A DNA stretch of 60,899 bases from a virus, in the IMG/VR virus record IMGVR_UViG_3300012207_000001; one strand, 5' to 3'. Below the pieces are notes generated by a model that was not told the origin of the DNA, did not search any database, and worked only from the letters and a program-made list of their open reading frames with translations. Both the position numbers and the translations under genes were made by a program. This document shows, in pieces, positions 1 through 8,852 of this stretch (the stretch's first letter is position 1; each line of letters begins with the position of its first letter).

Positions 1-123
1 CCTTTTTCTACACCCCGAAAAGTTCAACAAGCGAACGTAATGCAGGTATACCTAAGAAAATAGATGGCGGTTTATTCGAGGAATATGAGGGGGAAGGAAT
101 GGAGCATAGCGCCGTATCTATGA
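1..123. repeat. Terminal direct repeat. Bases 1-123 are identical to 60777-60899, indicating a circular or terminally redundant contig.
   Basis: Both ends read cctttttctacaccccgaaaagttcaacaagcg...ggagcatagcgccgtatctatga. Confidence 0.9.
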
Positions 124-431
124 ACGGCGCTGGAGTAGGTGAAGGGAAGCATCCAGAACTGCCAGCCATAGAACAAAACACACATCCAACAATAAAATCA
201 CAATCCCTCTTAAAATTTCTAATAACACTTATTACGCCACCAAACGGTATAGTACTTGACTTCTTTGCGGGTTCAGGTAGTACAGGAGTTGCAGCAATTG
301 GACTAGGAATGCACTGTATCCTCATTGAGCAGTCAGACACACAGGAAGAACCCTATGTAAGTATTGCGAGCAGTAGGCTACAGCACGCACTAAATAAACG
401 CTCCAGGAGGCTTGATAATGTTGCTGAGTAA
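1..431 (+). CDS. C-terminal part of the N6/N4 DNA methyltransferase that starts at 59573. The gene wraps the contig junction.
   Basis: The frame of ORF 99..431 is continuous with the open frame from 59573 once the 123-bp overlap is collapsed. It carries HPTIKS and the SAM motif I DFFAGSGSTGVAA. Confidence 0.8.
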   Translation, partial: FFYTPKSSTSERNAGIPKKIDGGLFEEYEGEGMEHSAVSMNGAGVGEGKHPELPAIEQNTHPTIKSQSLLKFLITLITPPNGIVLDFFAGSGSTGVAAIGLGMHCILIEQSDTQEEPYVSIASSRLQHALNKRSRRLDNVAE

Positions 432-1296
432 CCTGATTTACCAGGGAGACGCGTTACAGGTACTACAGAGCCTCCCAGACGCGTTTGTACAGTGTTGTAT
501 CACCTCTCCCCCGTACTACGGATTGCGTGATTATGGAGTTGAAGGACAGGTCGGTCTAGAGCAATCACCATTTGACTACATTGACCGATTAGTGCAGGTA
601 TTCAGGGAAGTACGACGCGTGTTGAAGGATGACGGGACATTCTGGTTGAACATCGGGGATAGTTACGCAAACACAAGTTATGAGGGTAATAAAGTGTTTG
701 GTAACGTAGATTTTAATAAAAACCGTCCCAGTCGAGAACAAACAAGGATACCCAAACACACGATACCGCAAAGATTGAAACCTAAAGACCTTATGATGAT
801 ACCAGCCAGGCTAGCTATAGCCCTGCAAGATGACGGCTGGTATTTGCGATCGGATATTATCTGGCATAAGCCCAACGCCATGCCAGAATCAGTAACGGAC
901 AGACCAACAAGCGCACATGAGCATGTATTCTTGCTGGCAAAATCAGAACGATACTACTACGACCAGGAAGCCATGAAAGAACCATCGGTAAGCGACCATG
1001 ATAGTGGTAATGGTTACAAACGTCCTGAATGTTTATCATTTCTTAATGCAGATGGCACTGCACGAGGAAATGAGAGTGGAGGATGGACAATGACACCATT
1101 ACGCAATAAACGTAACGTCTGGACGATTGCAACACAACCGTACGCATCCGCCCATTTTGCAACCATGCCGCCAAAGTTAGTAGAGCCTTGCGTACTAGCT
1201 GGCTCCAGTGCAATGTGTTGTGAATGTTGTCTCACTCCCTGGCAGCGTGTTCAAAAAGAAGATTTTGTTTTATTTAAAAGAGAAGCAGAGCGGTAA
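412..1296 (+). CDS. DNA methyltransferase (beta-class N4-C/N6-A), N-terminal segment with the SPPY catalytic motif. The reading frame is interrupted.
   Basis: CITSPPYYGLRDYG (motif IV), then DDGTFWLNIGDSY, IIWHKPNAMPESV and HFATMPPKLVEPCVLAGS. The SAM-binding motif is missing from this frame. Confidence 0.8.
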   Translation: MIMLLSNLIYQGDALQVLQSLPDAFVQCCITSPPYYGLRDYGVEGQVGLEQSPFDYIDRLVQVFREVRRVLKDDGTFWLNIGDSYANTSYEGNKVFGNVDFNKNRPSREQTRIPKHTIPQRLKPKDLMMIPARLAIALQDDGWYLRSDIIWHKPNAMPESVTDRPTSAHEHVFLLAKSERYYYDQEAMKEPSVSDHDSGNGYKRPECLSFLNADGTARGNESGGWTMTPLRNKRNVWTIATQPYASAHFATMPPKLVEPCVLAGSSAMCCECCLTPWQRVQKEDFVLFKREAER

Positions 1297-1564
1297 AAAG
1301 AAATACACACAAGAAAATACCGGGTTGCTTGCGCAAACAAGATCAATATCACGTACAGTAGGATGGGAGCCTGGATGTAAATGCTTAGTAAACACAGGAA
1401 TAGGTAAAAGTATTATCTTAGATCCATTTTGTGGGGCTGGTACCGTCCCGCTCGTAGCACTACAGAACAACCGTCGGTATCTGGGCATTGAACTGAATGC
1501 TGAGTACATTGCGCTGGCTCACAAACGTATCGAGACGGTACAGCCAACGCTATGGAGTGCTTAA
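1208..1564 (+). CDS. C-terminal segment of the same methyltransferase, in the +1 frame, carrying SAM motif I.
   Basis: GWEPGCKC...ILDPFCGAGTVPLVALQNNRRYLGIELNAEYIALAHKRI is the normal C-terminus of PF01555-type enzymes. It overlaps the 412..1296 frame by 89 nt. Confidence 0.7.
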   Translation: MQCVVNVVSLPGSVFKKKILFYLKEKQSGKKKYTQENTGLLAQTRSISRTVGWEPGCKCLVNTGIGKSIILDPFCGAGTVPLVALQNNRRYLGIELNAEYIALAHKRIETVQPTLWSA

Positions 1565-1578
1565 TCCTACCACATACA

Positions 1579-1608
1579 TTGACAAAGTGAAAGTGTGTGT
1601 GCTATACT
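1579..1608 (+). promoter_or_regulatory. Sigma70-like promoter: TTGACA, 18-nt spacer, TATACT.
   Basis: ttgacaaagtgaaagtgtgtgtgctatact lies about 30 nt upstream of the 1637 start. Confidence 0.5.
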
Positions 1609-1636
1609 GAATATAAGAAAGAGAGGATAAAGAAGG

Positions 1637-2434
1637 ATGACAACATTAAAGGTTTTTTCTTATGGTGGAGGCGTGCAAAGTACTGCTGCTCTTGTTTTAG
1701 CTGCACAGGGTAAGATCGATTACAAGACATTCCTCTTTTGCAATGTAGGGGATGATAGTGAAGACCCTGCCACATTGGAGTATGTACATTCCGTTGCAAT
1801 GCCATATGCGCAAGCGCACAACATCGCGATCATTGAACTTTCACGAAATGAAACGCTCCTAGAGCGAATCACAGGTGAGAGAAATAGAGGGTATGTTATT
1901 CCTGCTTACACGGAGACGAAAGACGGAAGCCCTGACGGCGGACCCGGTAGGAGGAGCTGTACGGCAGACTTTAAAGTTGCTGTCGTTGCCAGATGGTTAA
2001 AAGAACATGGTGCAACGAAAAATAATAAAGCAATTGTTGCATTAGGAATATCTCTTGATGAAGCTGAAAGGGCCAATTACAACACAAAAATTAGCTGTCA
2101 AATTATTGAATATCCTCTTCTTGATTTACGGATGGATCGACAGCAATGTTTAAATAGCATTGCTTCAACAGGTTTACCCATTCCTCCTAAATCCTCTTGC
2201 TATTTCTGCCCTTATCATTCGGTAAAGACCTGGCAAGAAATGCGAACGAATCGCCCTGAACTGTTTAAAAAAGCGTGTGATTTGGAAAAAACAATACAGG
2301 TCCGTCAGCGTTCCCGTAATCTTCCAATGGTCTATCTTACTAGGAAGATGAAGCTGCTTGAAGATGTGACGAACGGTGATTTTTCACAACCTGAGCTTTT
2401 TGACGGTTGCGAAAGTGGCTATTGTTTCATCTAA
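1637..2434 (+). CDS. PP-loop ATP pyrophosphatase family protein (PAPS reductase/DndC-like).
   Basis: N-terminal KVFSYGGGVQSTAALVLAA is a variant of the SGGxDS PP-loop. There is a C-terminal CYFCPYH cysteine pair. The gene is embedded among DNA-modification genes. Confidence 0.55.
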   Translation: MTTLKVFSYGGGVQSTAALVLAAQGKIDYKTFLFCNVGDDSEDPATLEYVHSVAMPYAQAHNIAIIELSRNETLLERITGERNRGYVIPAYTETKDGSPDGGPGRRSCTADFKVAVVARWLKEHGATKNNKAIVALGISLDEAERANYNTKISCQIIEYPLLDLRMDRQQCLNSIASTGLPIPPKSSCYFCPYHSVKTWQEMRTNRPELFKKACDLEKTIQVRQRSRNLPMVYLTRKMKLLEDVTNGDFSQPELFDGCESGYCFI

Positions 2435-2444
2435 GGAGCCTGTC

Positions 2445-3956
2445 ATGACCGTACAACAACTCCCAACGATAGATCTCATTTCCCTGATTGAGCAACGCGC
2501 CCCCGTCCGTTTCAAGCGTGTAGCCAGCACTCAGGGAGGGGAATACGCGGGTAACTGCCCCTGGTGTGGAGGTACCGACCGTTTTCGCGTGTGGCCACAT
2601 GCAGAACGTCCCCGGTACTGGTGTCGTTCCTGCCAGGCAACAGGGGATGCAATCGAATTCCTCAAAACATTTAGCTTGATGACGTTTCGAGATGCCTGTG
2701 ACGAGCTAGGCATCGATCCGTCAGACATGGGTTATACGGGAACGGCCAGCCCCTTACGTCTTCCGCCTGAGCCTCCTGCACAGTGGATGGAGACGGCTGC
2801 ACTTTTCATCAGTGCAGCTCAACGATACCTTTTCTCTTCAGGAGGTAAACGCTATCTTGAGTACTTGCAGAGCAGAGGGATAACCGTCGAAACAATTAAA
2901 AAGAAAAACATCGGTTGTGTTCCTCTCACAAAAGAAGGACGATGGACAGAATCGCCGTTTGATCGTTGGGGGTTGTCAGAAGAGAACCTGACGCCTGAGC
3001 AGCTCGCTAAGGGTTGTGTTCGTATTCCTGACGGTCTTTTCTTTCCGCATTATGTGAATGGCCAGTGTTGGAAGCTATCAATGTATCGTCCGTTTGAGAC
3101 GGAGAAGAAGTACCGACGGGGTTTTATCACTGGCAGTAGAGAATGCTTGCTCAATGAGGATTTATTCACAACAGGTAAACCTGTTGTGATGACAGAGGCG
3201 TTTTTAGATGCTATTAGCATCGAGCAGGAGGCTGGAGACATCGTTGTAGCTACAAGTACCGATGGTAGCACAAGCAGCCGCTCATTGCGTTGTCAGGCAC
3301 GTCTAGGCTATGCGCCATACGTCTTGTTGGCATTTGACAACGACCCGGCAGGGATGGATGCGTCAAAGTTTTGGGGAACACATCTAAAAAATGCATTGTT
3401 CTATCCGGTCCCTACTGGCAGCAAGGATGCAAACGAATTCTTGCAGTCAGCGAATGGAGCGGAACACGTACGCAAATGGATAGCAGAAAAAATAGAGCAG
3501 GTGCAGGAGATAGAAGTTCTTCCTATTCCTTCTCTGCCAGCCACCCAAGAAGACATTAGCGAGCCAGATCCCGTTTGTGCTCTTTGTTTCGGAATAATCT
3601 ATGCATATACCGACGAGGGCACACCATGCTGTGAGCGTTGCTATACGGGCCAACAAGCCATAGAGAAAGCAATAGTCACGCACATAGCCACAACAATACA
3701 CAAGCCCTCTGTTGACCCTCTCACAGCGTTTGCAACGACGGTAGATGCTATAGCTAATGTGTTCAGCCTTTGCACCATAACAAAGCATCCTCCTGAGTAC
3801 ACACTGGCTCAGCATGCCGCGTTTTTGAGTGACCAGGCAGAGCGAACGATGTTGGCAAAAGAAATAGCTATGCGCCGTTTAGTTGCGGACCGAAGATTTA
3901 AACGGTTGCATCCTGAGCAGATAGAGCAGGAACAAGTAGACGAGGAAGAGGTATAA
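2445..3956 (+). CDS. DNA primase with a zinc-binding domain and a TOPRIM domain.
   Basis: CPWCGGTDRFRVW...YWCRSCQATGDAIEFL is the zinc finger. VMTEAFLDAISIE and LLAFDNDPAG are TOPRIM E and DxD motifs. AAGGAG lies 6 nt upstream of the ATG at 2445. Confidence 0.8.
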   Translation: MTVQQLPTIDLISLIEQRAPVRFKRVASTQGGEYAGNCPWCGGTDRFRVWPHAERPRYWCRSCQATGDAIEFLKTFSLMTFRDACDELGIDPSDMGYTGTASPLRLPPEPPAQWMETAALFISAAQRYLFSSGGKRYLEYLQSRGITVETIKKKNIGCVPLTKEGRWTESPFDRWGLSEENLTPEQLAKGCVRIPDGLFFPHYVNGQCWKLSMYRPFETEKKYRRGFITGSRECLLNEDLFTTGKPVVMTEAFLDAISIEQEAGDIVVATSTDGSTSSRSLRCQARLGYAPYVLLAFDNDPAGMDASKFWGTHLKNALFYPVPTGSKDANEFLQSANGAEHVRKWIAEKIEQVQEIEVLPIPSLPATQEDISEPDPVCALCFGIIYAYTDEGTPCCERCYTGQQAIEKAIVTHIATTIHKPSVDPLTAFATTVDAIANVFSLCTITKHPPEYTLAQHAAFLSDQAERTMLAKEIAMRRLVADRRFKRLHPEQIEQEQVDEEEV

Positions 3957-3959
3957 CCG

Positions 3960-4733
3960 ATGGCTGCAACTATGTATTTTTCTGGCATCGAAAAAAGAAC
4001 AACGGCAGATGTATTAATTGCTGAAAACGCGTCAGGCATGATGTCTATTTGCCAGTATACTGACCAGCTGGTACATGATTGCAAGTCTATTTCTCTGGTC
4101 ATGGACTCAGGAGCGTTTGCAAAAGAGTTAACTAGGCAGGACATAGAGCGATATGCACAGGTTATTCTCAAACATCATGCAAGATTTGCATGGTTTGCCA
4201 ATTGTGATAGCATCGGGGATCAGGTAAAAAGCAATGAAAATTACCGCTTCTTACTCTCACTCCTGCCAGAGCACTTGCACGTGCAAGTGCTCTGGATTTA
4301 TCAGCAAGGGACAGATAAGCGTTTCTTGTACGATGGCTTAAATCAGCATACACGCGTAGGGATAGGCGGTTTGGTGCCGCTATTCTCAAAAAATAAGGGG
4401 TATGCAATGGCGATACTGCAAGAAATAGCCTTAGCAGTGAGGCAACATCATGTATCCCCTCACTACTTTGGACTAGCAAGCGTAGACATTCTGAGAACAT
4501 TACATCAGTACCATGATGATTTTTCAGTAGATTCTACCACATGGCTTGTGGGAGGGAAGTATGGAGCGGCAATTAATGCTACGGGTCAACAGGTATCCGC
4601 GAATGCAGGAGGATTTTGTTATAGTACACATGAGATTTTGTCTCAAAACGTGCGTACCATATCCAAATGGATGCAAGCCCCTGCCAGGCAAAGAGAAGTA
4701 AATCAGCAACTCCCATTATTTGACGTGGCTTGA
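3960..4733 (+). CDS. tRNA-guanine transglycosylase (TGT)-fold protein. It is a candidate DpdA-like DNA 7-deazaguanine transglycosylase.
   Basis: The motif order is collinear with TGT: VMDSGAF (TDSGGFQ), WIYQQG (GIVQGG), RVGIGGLVP (YAIGGLxVG), PHYFGLAS (RYLMGVG), FSVDSTTW (FDCV). Confidence 0.5.
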   Translation: MAATMYFSGIEKRTTADVLIAENASGMMSICQYTDQLVHDCKSISLVMDSGAFAKELTRQDIERYAQVILKHHARFAWFANCDSIGDQVKSNENYRFLLSLLPEHLHVQVLWIYQQGTDKRFLYDGLNQHTRVGIGGLVPLFSKNKGYAMAILQEIALAVRQHHVSPHYFGLASVDILRTLHQYHDDFSVDSTTWLVGGKYGAAINATGQQVSANAGGFCYSTHEILSQNVRTISKWMQAPARQREVNQQLPLFDVA

Positions 4734-4807
4734 CCTCCACAAGCCAATATGATACACTTTCATTTAGGTTCAACTGACATCAATAAGCGAAAGGATAGGA
4801 AGACGAA

Positions 4808-5131
4808 ATGAGAAAGAGAAACGGGCAGGAGATACATGTTCCTGCCGACAGCACAATAACCTTAAACGGAACAACGTACTACACCAATGGTGGAGTAACG
4901 TTGTTCCTGGGACGTTCTGAAGCGTCCCTACACGGTTATCGCATGGAATACAAGCGTAGGACCGGCTGGGACATCCCCCGGATACGTGATGGGAAAAAGA
5001 AATATATGAGTGAAGATAATTTATTCAGGTTCATTTTAGCGCTGGAAGATATTCTGCCATTCCAGGCAGAAAAAGTACGAACGATCATCAAAGAGAGAGA
5101 GGAGAAAGAGGAGAAGGTGACAGCACAATGA
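4808..5131 (+). CDS. Hypothetical protein.
   Basis: ORF in operon context with a KE-rich C-terminus. No recognisable motif. Confidence 0.5.
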   Translation: MRKRNGQEIHVPADSTITLNGTTYYTNGGVTLFLGRSEASLHGYRMEYKRRTGWDIPRIRDGKKKYMSEDNLFRFILALEDILPFQAEKVRTIIKEREEKEEKVTAQ

Positions 5132-5307
5132 GTAAGCAGCAGCCTCTAACCGATGAGGAAGCCATGCATCTTTTAAAAGATTTTCCCACTTCGTTGGACC
5201 TGTATCGGGCGCAACGAGAGAAGGGGCATAGCGTACAAGACGTATGGCGTGTTATCCAGGCCGTACGCAGTCGTAGTAAAGAGTACGATTACAAAAAAAG
5301 TAAGTAA
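5128..5307 (+). CDS. Hypothetical small protein, 59 aa, below the ORF-track cutoff.
   Basis: The ATG overlaps the stop of the upstream gene (ATGA). It translates MSKQQPLTDEEAMHLLKDF...KEYDYKKSK and ends just before a hairpin terminator. Confidence 0.45.
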   Translation: MSKQQPLTDEEAMHLLKDFPTSLDLYRAQREKGHSVQDVWRVIQAVRSRSKEYDYKKSK

Positions 5308-5311
5308 AAAA

Positions 5312-5330
5312 GGCTCCCGCAATGGGAGCC
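5312..5330. terminator. Bidirectional hairpin terminator between convergent genes.
   Basis: GGCTCCC-gcaa-tGGGAGCC is preceded by an A-run and lies between the stop at 5307 (+) and the stop at 5345 (-). Confidence 0.6.
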
Positions 5331-5344
5331 TACACTTTCTCGTC

Positions 5345-7021
5345 TCATGCTTCAACCTTTTCTTTCTTCTTCCGTTTCTTTTCCTCTTTTTCTTTCACTG
5401 CCTTATCGATCAAATCAGACAATTCCCCTCGCGTGATTTCGTACTCATCAAACTCTATCCCCAACCTCCACGCAAACATTTTTTGTTTCTCAGTTGGGGC
5501 TTCCCCTCGCCTGGGTATACTATCCTCTATAGCAAGCAACTTCAAGATATGTTTCTCTGCCTCCTGCAAGGCGATGTCAAGTTCAAGACATGCCGTCTGC
5601 ACTTTTTCTTTTGTGTAGGCTGGTGCAAGTGCCTGCCAGATGTAAAACGCGTTGTATCCGGCAGGCTGTAACGCCAGCTTGTGTCCATTTCCAAATTGAC
5701 AAATGTACGCTCCATCTAAGTCTCTTTTCTGCCAGTTGAATTGCTGTAAGAGATTGACGATCATGTCTTCTTTCCGCTTCTCTTTAAGTTTGCGTACTTG
5801 TTTCTGTCTTTCCTCTTCTTCCTCCTGCTCTCTCTTTTCGCGTTTCTCTGCCTCCTCGATAGTCTCATTGTCCAGAAGCTTCAGATCAAGCGCTTTATTG
5901 AGGTTATGAGGCGTGAGTCGATGCTTTAGACAGTTATCGGTAATGTCCAGAATGAGGAAATGATCTTTCCCCTCGTGCAACCGGCTCCCTCTACCTATCA
6001 TCTGCACATACAAGCTTCTCGACATCGTAGGACGTCCCATGATGATGCAGGAGATACAGGGCAGATCAAAGCCCTCTGTGAGTACACCTATCGAGAATAA
6101 GCCTTGTAGTGACCCGTTAACAACCTCTGCATACCATTGTTGTCGTTGTTCGTCTTTTGTTTCCCCTGTGACACACTGGCAAGGGATACCCATCTCTTGA
6201 AATGCGTAGGTAAGCGCCTCTGCATGAGCTACGGTTACGCCAAAGCCAATGAACGGCATACCAGCCGCATATTCCAGATACTTTTTTGCTATGTGGTTAT
6301 TCCGAGCAGGAGTATTAACCGCTAAGGAAAGTTCCTCTTGCTTGAAGTCACCCATCGATGTGTGAACTTCGTCTAAGTCCACATCGGTTTTAATCGCGCG
6401 CGCCTTTGGCTGGCAGAGATAGCCAGCTCGTACCAGCTTAATAAGATCTTTCTCAAAGATCGGTTTTTTGTCTATGATCTTTTTGTTGTCTAGCCTGTCG
6501 GGGGTTGCGGTAACGAGCAGGATAAATGCATGTGGAAACGCTTTTAAGATCGTTTGGTAGCTATTCGAGGAAGCATGATGGGCTTCATCAATTACGATAA
6601 TGGAGTAATTGAATTGCTGCATGAGCTTCAACCGTTTCACCTTGCAGACACTTGCCACACTGCCTACTGTTACCTGTCCCCCCAGTTCCATTGTAGAGCC
6701 TTTTACCTTGCCTACAACGGTTTCAGGACTACATATATGATATTTGTCTATCGCCTGGTTAATGAGGTCATCCCTGTGAGCTAGAACTAGTGCAAGCCCC
6801 CCGGATAGTTCCAATATCATACGAATGATTTCTGAGAAAATCACCGTTTTACCCCCGCCCGTTCCAATCACGACCAACTCTTTCCCCGGTACAAACTCCT
6901 CCTGCGCTAGACCGTACATAACATTCGCTTTGTAGAGCTCTAAGCGTTCTTTATGATTCTGATAAGCCGACATAACCAATGAAATAGCTTCTTCTTGATA
7001 ATCTCTTAGTATAAAAGACAT
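5345..7021 (-). CDS. SF2 DEAH-box DNA helicase with a KE-rich C-terminal extension.
   Basis: GTGGGKT (Walker A), VIDEAHH (motif II), VTATP (III) and QMIGRGSR (VI). Confidence 0.9.
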   Translation of the reverse strand: MSFILRDYQEEAISLVMSAYQNHKERLELYKANVMYGLAQEEFVPGKELVVIGTGGGKTVIFSEIIRMILELSGGLALVLAHRDDLINQAIDKYHICSPETVVGKVKGSTMELGGQVTVGSVASVCKVKRLKLMQQFNYSIIVIDEAHHASSNSYQTILKAFPHAFILLVTATPDRLDNKKIIDKKPIFEKDLIKLVRAGYLCQPKARAIKTDVDLDEVHTSMGDFKQEELSLAVNTPARNNHIAKKYLEYAAGMPFIGFGVTVAHAEALTYAFQEMGIPCQCVTGETKDEQRQQWYAEVVNGSLQGLFSIGVLTEGFDLPCISCIIMGRPTMSRSLYVQMIGRGSRLHEGKDHFLILDITDNCLKHRLTPHNLNKALDLKLLDNETIEEAEKREKREQEEEEERQKQVRKLKEKRKEDMIVNLLQQFNWQKRDLDGAYICQFGNGHKLALQPAGYNAFYIWQALAPAYTKEKVQTACLELDIALQEAEKHILKLLAIEDSIPRRGEAPTEKQKMFAWRLGIEFDEYEITRGELSDLIDKAVKEKEEKKRKKKEKVEA

Positions 7022-7105
7022 TTTCTCTATCCTTATCCTTTATGGTTTTTTCTCATGTTTTCAATGTATTCAGTATACCATAAACACTTCTTTTTGTAAA
7101 TAATA

Positions 7106-7154
7106 AAAACTGAGTGATAAAATACTTGACAAATTGAAACGACAAGAGTATACT
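7106..7154 (+). promoter_or_regulatory. Copy of the conserved early promoter cassette: upstream element, TTGACA, 17-nt spacer, TATACT.
   Basis: aaaactgaGTGAtaaaatacTTGACAaattgaaacgacaagagTATACT. Confidence 0.6.
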
Positions 7155-7208
7155 ACGTACATGAGATGTTACTGAAAACCTTTGATAACAAGAAAGAGGA
7201 TGTAAAAA

Positions 7209-8021
7209 ATGACAACAACTACAAGACCTTCAGCACTTGACCGTATCGCAAGCATGCAGGCAGAAGCACAGGAAGTAGCTAAAAAGCGTGCTGAATACGT
7301 TGCTAATGGTGGCGATAGCAAAAGCGCGTACGTGTTGCGTATGGAGAATATTATCAGCCTGCAAGCCGACGAGCGTGTTTTAATTCGTCCCCTCTACAAC
7401 ATGGATGCCATTTTCATTCGTCGCATCCATGATATGTTTAAGAACATGGCAGCAGATGGATCGAAAGATCCGCTCTGTCATATGTGTGCAGAAGAAAACG
7501 GCCAGGCGTGCGCATTGTGCGCAGCAGGACACAACGATAAGAAAGAACTCAAGGATGAAGCATTTATTCCGGTCGGTCTCTACTATCAGGAATCGGATGA
7601 GTCTGGTACCTGGCAAGTAGCACCATATGTGGATAAAGAGTTTGTAGCACACGTCAAGCGCGGCTGGCGTATGCTGCGTGTGAAAGCATCCTCCCCTATC
7701 TTTCAGCAATTGATGAACGTCTTCAACAATCCGAAATATCACAATGACATTACCTGTTGTGATTTTGAGATTGTGCGACGTGGGACTACGATGAACGACA
7801 CGAAGTATACGTGTACGCCTCAACCTCCTGAGCCGATGCTGGTGAAGATGCAAAAAGGCAGACCTTCCCTTGCACAGTTCGAGGATGTGCTTAATAAGTG
7901 TTTCCCGTCCCGTATTGTTGATCATCCCTCTGTTGTTATCGCTCCTATTACCAGCCAGGATGACCCGTTTGCAGAGGAACCCATTGAAATCGCTGCCCAG
8001 TCTGACGATTTTGAATTTTAG
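7209..8021 (+). CDS. Possible ssDNA-binding protein with a zinc-finger-like cluster and an acidic C-terminal tail.
   Basis: CHMCAEENGQACALCAAGH forms a Cys/His cluster. The C-terminus DDPFAEEPIEIAAQSDDFEF resembles SSB and gp32 acidic tails. The gene sits in the replication module. Confidence 0.35.
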   Translation: MTTTTRPSALDRIASMQAEAQEVAKKRAEYVANGGDSKSAYVLRMENIISLQADERVLIRPLYNMDAIFIRRIHDMFKNMAADGSKDPLCHMCAEENGQACALCAAGHNDKKELKDEAFIPVGLYYQESDESGTWQVAPYVDKEFVAHVKRGWRMLRVKASSPIFQQLMNVFNNPKYHNDITCCDFEIVRRGTTMNDTKYTCTPQPPEPMLVKMQKGRPSLAQFEDVLNKCFPSRIVDHPSVVIAPITSQDDPFAEEPIEIAAQSDDFEF

Positions 8022-8034
8022 TTCGTAAGTCAAT

Positions 8035-8060
8035 GGGTCATGCTTACGTAAGCATGACCC
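8035..8060 (+). terminator. Perfect hairpin.
   Basis: GGGTCATGCTTAC/GTAAGCATGACCC lies directly after the stop at 8021. Confidence 0.55.
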
Positions 8061-8084
8061 TCATGTAAGAAAGGATATTCCCTG

Positions 8085-8783
8085 ATGACCAATAATGAAG
8101 TAGAGATCCTGCACAACAAACCAAATTTACGTGTTGTCCGTCTGGAAAACGCTTATAGTGAATATAACGGACTGTTGCAGACCATTGCAGAGTTAGGGGC
8201 CGGTCTAGTGACGATTACCTATATGCACAGCAAGAACGAGCCTAAATCGTTTTCTCTCTCTCCCGACAACATGACCCGACTTGCGCATGCCTGGCTAGCA
8301 TTCGTTGCTGAGCAAGAGCAGGCAAAAGAACAGGATAAAAAAGAGTACAGATCCCAGATTGACGCCCTTTACGTAAAAGCCAGCAACCTGTATTGCGCTA
8401 TCGAGGAAGATAGCGACGGGTTGTTTACGCTCCTCTATGAGAATAGCCCCCTTGCTCATGTGTACAGACGGTTTGCAATCAATGCCCGGATCGATTTAAA
8501 TGGCATTGAATTACGGTTAAACGCAGCTGAGACAGAGCGGCAACGTGCACAGACTAAATCTTGCTCTGACGGCGTGCACAACTATCAGGTAAGCGTGATG
8601 GATCTTGATAACCGTCTAGCTAAAATGAATGTTGAATTACACAGATTAGCTCCTGGTTACTATGGTTTATCATTCTACGAGGATCATATGTTCATTGATT
8701 TCTGGTACAGCAACGAACTGCTCACCTTAGGGCAGATTGAGTATCGTACTAACTACATGCAGTGCGTTGCGAAGCGTCAGTAA
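8085..8783 (+). CDS. Hypothetical protein.
   Basis: 232-aa ORF between the SSB-like gene and the nuclease gene. No motif recognised. Confidence 0.5.
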   Translation: MTNNEVEILHNKPNLRVVRLENAYSEYNGLLQTIAELGAGLVTITYMHSKNEPKSFSLSPDNMTRLAHAWLAFVAEQEQAKEQDKKEYRSQIDALYVKASNLYCAIEEDSDGLFTLLYENSPLAHVYRRFAINARIDLNGIELRLNAAETERQRAQTKSCSDGVHNYQVSVMDLDNRLAKMNVELHRLAPGYYGLSFYEDHMFIDFWYSNELLTLGQIEYRTNYMQCVAKRQ

Positions 8784-8852
8784 CCCTGTGTAGCCAGTGT
8801 AGAACCTCCCCTTTGCACTGGCTTGTTTTTTTAGAAGAAAGGATAAGAAGAA

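Noticed and set aside
1-123. The terminal repeat as a biological long terminal repeat or att duplication flanking an integrated prophage.
   Set aside because: The repeat lies inside a methyltransferase coding sequence and restores a continuous reading frame when the ends are joined. That points to circularisation or terminal redundancy, not to attL/attR.
2376-2444. Upstream extension of the primase ORF, MIFHNLSFL....
   Set aside because: The extension overlaps the 3' end of the PP-loop gene, while AAGGAG sits 6 nt before the ATG at 2445. Similar reasoning trimmed the ORFs starting at 9088, 10133, 10472, 10780, 19351, 26271, 34502, 38815, 44024, 44628, 45262, 46382, 48151, 56887 and 58922.
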